In this document: in pieces, positions 56,314-63,920 of the stretch
How the letters are laid out: each line of letters begins with the position of its first letter
How positions within the stretch are numbered: position 1 is the stretch's first letter
Origin: an uncultured Candidatus Saccharibacteria bacterium
GTDB lineage: Bacteria > Patescibacteriota > Minisyncoccia > Phycocordibacterales > Phycocordibacteraceae
Direction: 5' to 3'
Assembly (NCBI GenBank): GCA_964357395.1
Contig: CAYHLC010000001.1
Coordinates: forward strand, 119,599-183,598
DNA: 64,000 nucleotides
Position numbers and translations under genes: made by a program
Notes under the pieces: model-generated
The model's input: the letters and a program-made list of their open reading frames with translations, nothing else
Databases searched by the model: none
Told to the model about the DNA's origin: nothing

Positions 56314-56559
56314 ATGGACGCACTCACCGGATTCGTCGACAACTTAGTGCGGCTCATCATCCAGCCGCTCGTCGTGCTGCTCCTCACTGCAGGCGTGGCG
56401 TACTTCATTTGGGGCGTTGGTACGTACCTATGGAAAGGGGAGAAGGGCGAGGATCGATCGAAGGCCGCGCAGAACATGCTCTGGGGCCTCATCGGCCTCG
56501 TCATCATGGTCGCTGTCGTTGGCCTCCTCGAAATCCTAACCTCCACCTTCGGGGTCTAG
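56314..56559 (+). CDS. TrbC/VirB2-like pilin
   Basis: YFIWGV..YL...EDRSKAAQNMLWGLIGLVIMV. Confidence 0.8.
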   Translation: MDALTGFVDNLVRLIIQPLVVLLLTAGVAYFIWGVGTYLWKGEKGEDRSKAAQNMLWGLIGLVIMVAVVGLLEILTSTFGV

Positions 56560-56593
56560 CCGAGGCGTGATACATTAAACCTGCTCCTCGCTC

Positions 56594-56677
56594 GGGCGAG
56601 TGGTGAAATTGGCAGACACGCCAGCCTTAGGAGCTGGTCCTCGCAAGAGGGTGGAGGTTCAAGTCCTCTCTCGCCCA
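56594..56677 (+). tRNA. tRNA-Leu(TAG)
   Basis: GGGCGAG/CTCGCCC-A, CCAGC-CTTAGGA-GCTGG, long variable arm. Confidence 0.95.
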
Positions 56678-56804
56678 CAGAATAAGGCCCAACTGGGCCT
56701 TTGTTCATAGGTGCATAAAGTGCTTGCGGTGCCTCCTTGCCGGGTGTAGGATAGGCAGATACCACGTGCTTGACTATACTAGAACAGCATGGTATAATGC
56801 AAAT

Positions 56805-56993
56805 ATGTGTGGATACTTCATACACCCTGAGGAGGGTTTCACCCTAAAAGGGGGTCTTACTATTTTTGGCGCCGTTTTCTTGTTAGGGTGTATAGCTACG
56901 TACGTCCTTGTCGATAAGGATACTGTACCAAGCAAGTTGATCCTTGAAATTTTGGGCGGATCTTCCTCTAATGGGCCTACCTACGAAACCTAA
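56805..56993 (+). CDS. 62-aa single-TM protein
   Basis: TTGACT-17-TATAAT-6-ATG; MCGYFIHPEEGFTLKGGLTIFGAVFLLG... Confidence 0.7.
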   Translation: MCGYFIHPEEGFTLKGGLTIFGAVFLLGCIATYVLVDKDTVPSKLILEILGGSSSNGPTYET

Positions 56994-57002
56994 CGAAATT
57001 AT

Positions 57003-57173
57003 ATGGCAAGAGAGGATTCATACCGCCCCACACGAACTGAGTTTATCCTAATTGCAGCTATTCTCTTGTTGGTAGTTGCGGGTATCAATATTGCGCCAGG
57101 GGAAGGCGCGGCAATCGATGCGTCGGAAGGTAAGTTTACTCCAAAGAGCAATCCTGATTTATACCCTAATTAA
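57003..57173 (+). CDS. 56-aa single-TM protein
   Basis: MAREDSYRPTRTEFILIAAILLLVVAGINIAPGEGAAIDASEGKFTPKSNPDLYPN. Confidence 0.6.
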   Translation: MAREDSYRPTRTEFILIAAILLLVVAGINIAPGEGAAIDASEGKFTPKSNPDLYPN

Positions 57174-57178
57174 ATTGT

Positions 57179-57310
57179 GTGGCATTTGAAGGAGACCAAC
57201 ACAAGCCAGAGCCTAATTATCTCCTCAGAGGCGCGCTATTCATTTTTGCAGCTGTCTCGATATTTATAATGCTCGGCATATCCGGTCCTTCGGGCATTGA
57301 GCTTGAGTGA
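57179..57310 (+). CDS. 43-aa single-TM protein
   Basis: GTG start, MAFEGDQHKPEPNYLLRGALFIFAAVSIFIMLGISGPSGIELE. Confidence 0.5.
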   Translation: MAFEGDQHKPEPNYLLRGALFIFAAVSIFIMLGISGPSGIELE

Positions 57311-57384
57311 GAGCATACATCCTGCAGAAGCGGGGTTTTTGTTTTGAGGCCTTTAATTAATCTGTATATCTGTTAGTATTCTGA

Positions 57385-57488
57385 CTGTCCCCGATGAGGG
57401 GGCGGAGTGAACTACTCGCGCCCATAAGCGAAGCTTTTGGGCGCTGCACTCGGACGCCATGAGTGCAAGCACTCGCGGCGTCACTCGT
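57385..57488 (+). ncRNA. Candidate structured RNA upstream of tRNA-Lys
   Basis: Three hairpins, GAGTGA/TCACTC closing helix, possible pseudoknot; TAGTAT at 57374. Confidence 0.45.
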
Positions 57489-57490
57489 TT

Positions 57491-57566
57491 GCGCCCATAG
57501 CTCAGCTGGTAGAGCAACCGACTCTTAATCGGCAGGTCCTTGGTTCGAATCCAAGTGGGCGCACCA
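57491..57566 (+). tRNA. tRNA-Lys(CTT), CCA encoded
   Basis: GCGCCCA/TGGGCGC-ACCA, CCGA-CTCTTAA-TCGG. Confidence 0.96.
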
Positions 57567-57806
57567 AGAACAAAACATCCCACCTGCGTGGGATTTTTGT
57601 TACTTGGTGCGAGACGGAGCCGTGTTTTCTGTTTCAGAAAACGGGCGAGTCGGGGCCTGCGTGCGCAAGCGAACGGAGGTGAGCTTGTGACATGTGGGCC
57701 ACTTGTGCGGGACGGAGCCAAGTCTTGTGCATTGTACTATTCGCGCGAATTAGAGCATGAGGGTTTGCGGGCTTGTGACGGTCATTAGGCAAGGTACACT
57801 TATGCA

Positions 57807-58538
57807 ATGCTGCAGTTGCCGAAGGCAGTTTTGTTTGATATCGACGATACATTGACCCACAGCTATGAAGAGCCGGCTCAGGAGTTGGTGGCAGACCTCG
57901 ACTCACTCATAGCCAGAATCCCTGTTGCTATTGTCTCCGCGGCCAGCTTTACACGCATTGAAAAGCACTTCCTCAGCGTCCTAGTGTCGCACCAAAAGGA
58001 GGGCAAGTTGTATATCTTTTCCAACAATGCGTCCCAATGTTTTTTGTTCAGAAACTCGCAGTGGGAGCTAGAGTACGCATTTGGCATGACGGATGAGGAG
58101 CGCGGGAGCATAAAGGCTGCAATTAGTGAGAGCGCAGCAGAGCTTGGTATCGAGCACAACGTCATTGATAGGGAGACAAAGATTGTGTACCACGGCGTCT
58201 CAAACGATGCTCACCAAGATATAAAGAAGGCATGGGACCCTGATATGGCAAAGCGGAGTGGTATGAAGTCGGCACTCGAAAAGCGCATATCAGGGTATGA
58301 GATCTTGATTGGGGGCACGCACACGCTCGATATCACCAAGCAGGGGGTCAACAAGTCGTACGCGGTGGAGTGGCTCGCAAAGGACCTCAAGGTCGCGCCC
58401 GCAGAGATGCTCTTTGTTGGTGACGCACTGTACGAGGGCGGAAACGACGCTGTCGTAATCCCAACTGGCATACAGACCCGCCAGGTGGCCGGCCCACACG
58501 AGACACATGTACTTATCAAAGAACTACTTACACTCTAA
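57807..58538 (+). CDS. HAD-IIB family hydrolase
   Basis: LFDIDDTL, WDPDMAKR, IGGTHTLDITKQGVNKS, FVGDAL..GGND. Confidence 0.9.
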   Translation: MLQLPKAVLFDIDDTLTHSYEEPAQELVADLDSLIARIPVAIVSAASFTRIEKHFLSVLVSHQKEGKLYIFSNNASQCFLFRNSQWELEYAFGMTDEERGSIKAAISESAAELGIEHNVIDRETKIVYHGVSNDAHQDIKKAWDPDMAKRSGMKSALEKRISGYEILIGGTHTLDITKQGVNKSYAVEWLAKDLKVAPAEMLFVGDALYEGGNDAVVIPTGIQTRQVAGPHETHVLIKELLTL

Positions 58539-58540
58539 GT

Positions 58541-59050
58541 ATGAAATGGATAGGAATTACCGGTAGTTGGCGTGCGACAAGCGCCGAGGTGGAGCGGGAC
58601 GTACGCGACTTTGTGCGCACAGCGATAGAGCGCGGAGACGGTATCGTTACTGGCGGAGCACTGAACGTCGACTACTTCGCAACCGACGAGGCGCTGAAGT
58701 ATGACTCCGGGGCGGATCGAATAAAGACCTTCCTCCCCGCGACGCTGGATCGGTACGCCGCCCACTACCGCAAGCGGGCAGGGGAAGGGGTGATAACGAG
58801 CGAGCAGGCAGAACAGCTTGTGGCACAACTAACTGAGGTCAAGCGGAGGAATCCGAATGCGCTTATAGAGAACCTGACTAACGAGATTGTAGACAAGACT
58901 AACTATTACAATCGGAATACCGACGTTGTCGACGCATCAGACGAACTGGCCGCATTCCAAGTCAACGAGAGCAAGGGTGCGCAGGACACGATAGACAAAG
59001 CCAGGGCGCAAGGGAAGCCGGTGACTCTCAAACAGTACACCATTCAGTAG
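58541..59050 (+). CDS. SLOG superfamily (DprA/Smf-like Rossmann) protein
   Basis: IGITGS, IVTGGALNVD, YYNRN..VV..SD.L.AF, SKGAQDTI..A...GKPV. Confidence 0.75.
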   Translation: MKWIGITGSWRATSAEVERDVRDFVRTAIERGDGIVTGGALNVDYFATDEALKYDSGADRIKTFLPATLDRYAAHYRKRAGEGVITSEQAEQLVAQLTEVKRRNPNALIENLTNEIVDKTNYYNRNTDVVDASDELAAFQVNESKGAQDTIDKARAQGKPVTLKQYTIQ

Positions 59051-59154
59051 CTCTGTACATTTCCTTATTTCCTTATTCGCGCGAATTAGATAATGAGGGT
59101 TGGTTGAGGGTTGTGAAAGTGCGTGCAGCGTTTTGGGTTTGATATAGTAGCCAC

Positions 59155-59709
59155 ATGAGTACAGATTTCGTTGCGAGGCTGAAGGCTCTAGAGAGGGTAT
59201 TGATGGAAGTGCCGGAGCTTACCTATGCAGGGAACCTGGTGCTGCGCACCCCAGCTGCAGAGGTCACAGTAGATGAGGGTAAGGACATAGCTTCGAGGCT
59301 GGAGGACGCACTCCTAAAGTATCGTGCTATTACTGGCACCGGCCGTGGACTTGCTGCGCCGCAAATTGGTGTTGGCAAGGCGGTGTTTATTACGTACCTG
59401 GAGGACAAGATTGAAGTGTTCTTGAACCCTAGGATTGTCGGGAAGTCGGGGGAGACCAGTATGTATAAAGAGCTCTGCATGAGCGTCGGCGTGGTGGCAG
59501 CTGATGTGGAGCGTCCGCAATGGATAGTGCTCGCATGGACCGACTTGGAGGGCAATGCGCATGAGGAGAAGTTCGATTCCTTTAAGGCACGCCTCTACCA
59601 GCACGAGGAGGCGCACCTCCGTGGCCTCCTCAACATTGACGAGGCAGTGTCGGGAGGTATCGAGCTTGCCAACTTTGACCCACTTAAGGAGCAGCTCCGT
59701 CCCAAATAG
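59155..59709 (+). CDS. def: Peptide deformylase
   Basis: GRGLAAPQIG, ELCMS, QHEEAHLRG. Confidence 0.9.
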   Translation: MSTDFVARLKALERVLMEVPELTYAGNLVLRTPAAEVTVDEGKDIASRLEDALLKYRAITGTGRGLAAPQIGVGKAVFITYLEDKIEVFLNPRIVGKSGETSMYKELCMSVGVVAADVERPQWIVLAWTDLEGNAHEEKFDSFKARLYQHEEAHLRGLLNIDEAVSGGIELANFDPLKEQLRPK

Positions 59710-59710
59710 A

Positions 59711-59865
59711 TTGACAGTTGTAGGGTGGCTGATACGATTAGTGGATGACGCACAAGACATTTCTCGAGCTCTTCGGCTTTAGACGGGGTCTTGGCGACTT
59801 CTCTTGCTAGCAGTAACTTCCGAAGAGAATCCACCAAGACCCACCAAAAAAGGGTCTTATTTTAT
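59711..59865 (+). promoter_or_regulatory. Promoter, 21-aa leader peptide (59745-59810) and terminator/antiterminator
   Basis: TTGACA-16-TACGAT-6-ATG; MTHKTFLELFGFRRGLGDFSC; alternative helices. Confidence 0.6.
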
Positions 59866-59877
59866 AACCAGCAAACT

Positions 59878-59994
59878 ATGAGTTACGAAAACAAAATCAT
59901 CTTAGAATCAGCAACAGTGGACGAGCCCACATGCCGACACGGCGTGCGGCTCCCGAAGTCCAACTGCAATGCGTGTAAGAACGGTTACTTATAA
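59878..59994 (+). CDS. 38-aa CxH...CxxC metal-binding microprotein
   Basis: MSYENKIILESATVDEPTCRHGVRLPKSNCNACKNGYL. Confidence 0.6.
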   Translation: MSYENKIILESATVDEPTCRHGVRLPKSNCNACKNGYL

Positions 59995-60003
59995 ACTAAC
60001 AGA

Positions 60004-60555
60004 ATGCTTATGGAGCTTGGAACCTTAAAGATTGTGAGTGTGGCAGAGGGTCAGGAATTGTTGGCACCCACAGTAGCCGCAGCCCTCGCTTGGTTGGAGA
60101 TTGCTGAGGTAGGAGTAACAGAGATCGATCCCACGCTGTCGGACACAGCGGCGTTCTGCGAACATTACAAGGTAGCTATGAGCCAGGCTGCTAACTGCGT
60201 GGTGCTGGAGGCCAAGCGGGCAGACCGGGTGTGGTACGCAGCGTGCGTGATCCTCGGGACCACACGTGCTGACATTAACGGCATAGCACGGAAGACTTTG
60301 GATGCGCGGAAGGTGTCCTTCGCCCCCATGGACCAAGCAGTATCTAAGACGGGCATGGAGTATGGAGCTATTACGCCGGTTGGCCTACCTGCAGACTGGT
60401 CCATACTGATAGACAGGGCGGTAGCGGATTCGGAATACGTCATCATCGGGAGCGGGGTACGGAAGTCGAAGCTGGTGGTGCCAGGCAGCTTCCTTGCCAA
60501 GCTACCAAACGTGCAGGTTATCGATGGCCTCGGCCGCGTACCACCGCAACTCTAA
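60004..60555 (+). CDS. YbaK/EbsC family aminoacyl-tRNA editing-domain protein
   Basis: ANCVV, ARKVSFA, TGMEYGAITPVGLP, IGSGVRKSK. Confidence 0.88.
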   Translation: MLMELGTLKIVSVAEGQELLAPTVAAALAWLEIAEVGVTEIDPTLSDTAAFCEHYKVAMSQAANCVVLEAKRADRVWYAACVILGTTRADINGIARKTLDARKVSFAPMDQAVSKTGMEYGAITPVGLPADWSILIDRAVADSEYVIIGSGVRKSKLVVPGSFLAKLPNVQVIDGLGRVPPQL

Positions 60556-60749
60556 CCGTTGATTGCGCTTTGCAAAGCGAGTGCGCAGGCTGCGCAGAAG
60601 GCTGCTGCAAGGATCACTGTAGTTCCAGTTCTAACCGTAATGTGCTGCGTGCCATCTGCCTCGCAGCCCGATACCTCACTGGCGTTGCAGCGGATCTTAC
60701 CTGACGAGCGGGTCCGCGTCACCTCGAGTTTTCCTTCTGGTGCTGACAT
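60552..60749 (-). CDS. 65-aa four-Cys microprotein directly after tRNA-Leu
   Basis: MSAPEGKLEVTRTRSSGKIRCNASEVSGCEADG...AFCAACALALQSAING. Confidence 0.55.
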   Translation of the reverse strand: MSAPEGKLEVTRTRSSGKIRCNASEVSGCEADGTQHITVRTGTTVILAAAFCAACALALQSAING

Positions 60750-60751
60750 AG

Positions 60752-60837
60752 TGCCGGGGGTGGGAGTCGAACCCACAAACACCTTGCGGTGTTACAAATT
60801 TTAAGTCTGCTGCGTACACCAATTCCGCCACCCCGGC
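60752..60837 (-). tRNA. tRNA-Leu(TAA)
   Basis: GCCGGGG/CCCCGGC-A, GCAGA-CTTAAAA-TTTGT, long variable arm. Confidence 0.93.
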
Positions 60838-60857
60838 GCACTATAGTTCTACCACAA

Positions 60858-61517
60858 CTAATTGCCCCGGACTATGTCGATTTTCATGCGGTAGGCGCCA
60901 ATGATAGCGAGTACAGAAAAGCCGATACCTATGCCCGCGATCGCGTACCAGTTACCGCTCACGATCACGTCGCCAAATGCGGTGTAGAGAACAATGAAGG
61001 GTACCTGCACCGCCATATGCACCACGATGTAATACCAGTAGGGGATCCGGGTTAAGCCGGCTGCGTACGCAAAGAGGTCCATAAACCCCATGAAGTACAC
61101 ACGCGCCTTGGCAAAGCTCCACTTATCACCGAGCTGCCCCAAGACCTGGTCGACCATAGGCCGTTGGGAGGTAGACGTGAAGTAGTTAAGAACAGAGCGG
61201 CCAAAGAATCTGCTGATGAAGAAGGCGATAGTAGAGCCGATCAGATCTCCGAGGAATACATATGCAAATCCGGTCCAGAATCCGAATACTGCGCCGGAGA
61301 TGGGGTAGATAATGGCACCACCAAGCGGTGCTACTACTATCGTTGTCGCTTTCAGCAAGATCACAATAAGTGGCGCAAATATACCCGCGTCCGCCACTTT
61401 GTCGCGCAGTGTGTCGAGGCCGACTGTAACTGTGATGATGTATGCGACACCAACCGTCACGGCGATAATACCGAGGTTCCAAAACGCTTCCTTTGCTGAC
61501 GGCTTAGTGTCTTCCAT
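60858..61517 (-). CDS. TVP38/TMEM64 (VTT/DedA, SNARE-associated) membrane protein
   Basis: VVAPLGG...GAVFGFWTG...IGSTIAFFISRFFGR, YAAGLT. Confidence 0.88.
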   Translation of the reverse strand: MEDTKPSAKEAFWNLGIIAVTVGVAYIITVTVGLDTLRDKVADAGIFAPLIVILLKATTIVVAPLGGAIIYPISGAVFGFWTGFAYVFLGDLIGSTIAFFISRFFGRSVLNYFTSTSQRPMVDQVLGQLGDKWSFAKARVYFMGFMDLFAYAAGLTRIPYWYYIVVHMAVQVPFIVLYTAFGDVIVSGNWYAIAGIGIGFSVLAIIGAYRMKIDIVRGN

Positions 61518-61521
61518 TTTG

Positions 61522-61593
61522 AGGCCACGGCGGGAATCGCACCCGCGCATAAAGGATTTGCAGTCCTCTGCCTTGCTACTTGGCTACGTGGCC
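61522..61593 (-). tRNA. tRNA-Cys(GCA)
   Basis: GGCCACG/CGTGGCC-T, AGGA-CTGCAAA-TCCT, T-loop TGCGATT. Confidence 0.92.
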
Positions 61594-61604
61594 GCTTCCC
61601 AATA

Positions 61605-61919
61605 TTACTCTATCGGTGGGGCTTCACCAACTATAACGCCGCCGATGTTTGGGTCTTGCTGGAAGGTGAAGTAGGGGATCATCCTCATCTTAATCGTCTT
61701 TTTAACATGATCGCGGAAGTCCTCGCGCACGCGATTCAGAAACTCCAAGGCAGGGGCTGCTGCCGAGTCGGGGAATATGCTCACAAAGATTATGCCGCGC
61801 ATACCGCGCTCGCCAAGCTGGACCTTGGTGACGGTGATCAGCGACCGCCTATTGGACTCGCGGTTTATAAACTCGGCTGCAGCTTGTGCTATCGCGGATA
61901 CGACCTTGGCGTTATCCAT
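61605..61919 (-). CDS. rbfA: Ribosome-binding factor A
   Basis: LITVTKV, IFVSIFP, MRMIPYFTFQQD; follows infB. Confidence 0.88.
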   Translation of the reverse strand: MDNAKVVSAIAQAAAEFINRESNRRSLITVTKVQLGERGMRGIIFVSIFPDSAAAPALEFLNRVREDFRDHVKKTIKMRMIPYFTFQQDPNIGGVIVGEAPPIE

Positions 61920-63399
61920 GTTTCTTACCACCGATCTGCACCATATCGCCACCGACGATATCCGCCTTACTATCGATCTGCATACCAAACTCGAGGCCCT
62001 CGGCCACAGTAGAGACGTTAGAGCGCTGCTGCTGCAGGTTGCTAATCTTGCCGTGGCCGATCTCAAGGCCGCGTCGGAAGATGGATACCTGCTCGCCGAG
62101 CTTGATAACACCACTCTCAACCTTTGCTCCAACGACGTGCTTGGAGCCTGCAGCAGAAAAGAGCTTGATTATCTTGGCAGTACCGGTTATTGCTTCTGCA
62201 CTCCGATCCGGTGCGTGCCTGATCAGCTCCGCTGCGAGCCACTCTGAGAGCTCATAGATAATCGCACGTGACTCGAGCATGATCCGCTGGCGCTCCGCGA
62301 GGTCCTTGGCAGATGGGTCCACCTTTATGTTGAAGGCGAGTATCGCCGAAGGGGAGAATCCGATAAGTAACTTAACATCATTCTCGTTTACTGCGCCGAC
62401 GCCGGTCGCCACGGTTAAGACCTCGACATCAGGGTGTGTCACCTTGGCGAGTTCGTACTGCAGCGCCTCGATAGAACCCTGTGTGTCTGCCTTCAGCACC
62501 ACGCGCATCACTACTTTGTCGGTGTTTTCGGCGTTGGATCGTGTAGCGTCGCTGTTCTTCCTCGCAATAGTAGCTGCGACTACCATTTCCTCTGCCTCCT
62601 TCTTTGTGCTAACCACGGTGACGGTGGAGCCGACGACAGGCTCGGCAGTAAATCCGGTGAGGCGCGCGGGCTTGCCGCACTCTAGGGAGTCGACCCGCTT
62701 GCCTGCAAAGTTCTCGATCGAGCGGAGCGGTGCGTAGGCGGTGCCAGTCACTGCAAATCCACCAGTTTGTAGTGTGCCCTGGCGGATGATAACGGTTGCT
62801 GCGGTGCCGCTCTTCGCGTCGCGAGACGACTCGATAACCACTGCCTCTACCGCAGCTCCAGGGTCGGCCTTCAGCTCCTGCACTTCTGCAACGAGGAGGA
62901 TGAGGTCCATGAGTTCCGGAATGCCCTCGCCGCTTTTGCCAGAGACTGCTGCCCACGGAACATCGCCGCCGAGTCCCTCCAGGTAGACACCTTCGCGCAG
63001 CACCGTCTCCTTGGCCTTTTCGATATTAGCCGTGTCCTTATCAATCTTGGTAAATGCGACAATCATCGGGACCCCAGCATCGTTGATAGCCTTGATGGCC
63101 TCTTGGGTTTGCGGCTTGACGCCATCGTCTGCTGCAACAATAAGGATGGCGATGTCTGCTGCGCGTGCAGAGCGGCGACGCATAGCACCAAAGGCCTCGT
63201 GGCCTGGTGTGTCGATAAAGGTGATCAGATGCTCACCGCTAGCATTCTTGTGGACTGCCTCATATGCAGAAACGCGCTGGGTGATACCGCCGTGCTCGCC
63301 ACCCGCGACATTAGCCTTTCGGATGTAGTCGAGGAGGGTAGTCTTGCCGTGGTCGATGTGACCAACAATGGCAACTACAGGCTGTACCGGCGTACTCAT
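61912..63399 (-). CDS. infB: Translation initiation factor IF-2 (short form without N-terminal domain)
   Basis: [40 protein letters not shown]. Confidence 0.97.
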   Translation of the reverse strand: MSTPVQPVVAIVGHIDHGKTTLLDYIRKANVAGGEHGGITQRVSAYEAVHKNASGEHLITFIDTPGHEAFGAMRRRSARAADIAILIVAADDGVKPQTQEAIKAINDAGVPMIVAFTKIDKDTANIEKAKETVLREGVYLEGLGGDVPWAAVSGKSGEGIPELMDLILLVAEVQELKADPGAAVEAVVIESSRDAKSGTAATVIIRQGTLQTGGFAVTGTAYAPLRSIENFAGKRVDSLECGKPARLTGFTAEPVVGSTVTVVSTKKEAEEMVVAATIARKNSDATRSNAENTDKVVMRVVLKADTQGSIEALQYELAKVTHPDVEVLTVATGVGAVNENDVKLLIGFSPSAILAFNIKVDPSAKDLAERQRIMLESRAIIYELSEWLAAELIRHAPDRSAEAITGTAKIIKLFSAAGSKHVVGAKVESGVIKLGEQVSIFRRGLEIGHGKISNLQQQRSNVSTVAEGLEFGMQIDSKADIVGGDMVQIGGKKHG

Positions 63400-63425
63400 T
63401 GATAAAGGAAAGCACAAAAAACGGC

Positions 63426-63920
63426 TTACTGCAAACTCTTTTTGGCGTCCTCGATGGATGCGCGTTCATCGTCGGAGAGCTCACGCTCCGACTTGAACTC
63501 TGAGACCTCCTTGGCATAGACGCGCACGCCATCGCGAGAGTGGATGCCCGAGAGGACGACGCCGTCGCCCCTCTCGTTGAGGAGTGTGGCAGCAAAGCTC
63601 TGCTGACCGCCACCGCTCTGGAACGGATCAAAGCGGCGGACCGAAACGCCACGGATCGAGCCCTGCAGCCGTTCATCTAAATTATTGAGTGCCGTCTCGG
63701 TCGTTGCTGCGTGCTCCTCGACTTTCGCTATCCGCTCCGTGTTCTTGTGTATTACTGGCTCCAAGCTCTTGCCATCGGTCCCGCGGGTGAGCACCGTAAG
63801 TCGGCGAGAGAGTAGTACTGTCTGCACAAGGGCGAGCACCAAGAGGACGAGGACTATGTCGAGGAGTGGATCCGACATGACCCTTGCTGCAATCGTATCC
63901 AAAATACTTTGCAAATTCAT
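63426..63920 (-). CDS. DUF4446 family protein
   Basis: TM, coiled coil, RFDPFQSGGGQQSF...GDGVVLSGIHSRDGVRVYAK, LSDDE. Confidence 0.85.
   Translation of the reverse strand: MNLQSILDTIAARVMSDPLLDIVLVLLVLALVQTVLLSRRLTVLTRGTDGKSLEPVIHKNTERIAKVEEHAATTETALNNLDERLQGSIRGVSVRRFDPFQSGGGQQSFAATLLNERGDGVVLSGIHSRDGVRVYAKEVSEFKSERELSDDERASIEDAKKSLQ

Larger units (their letters stand above)
57738..59101 (+). repeat. 28-bp direct repeat with palindromic core (57738-57765, 59074-59101)
   Basis: TATTCGCGCGAATTAGAnnATGAGGGTT, 26/28 identical. Confidence 0.85.

Noticed and set aside
57390-57415. Hammerhead ribozyme (CCGATGAG...GTGAAC)
   Set aside because: Core CTGANGA and GAAA not intact and stems do not fit
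61912-63399. Short IF2 (and short ValRS) as pseudogenes
   Set aside because: All catalytic motifs intact; truncated forms are usual in reduced CPR genomes
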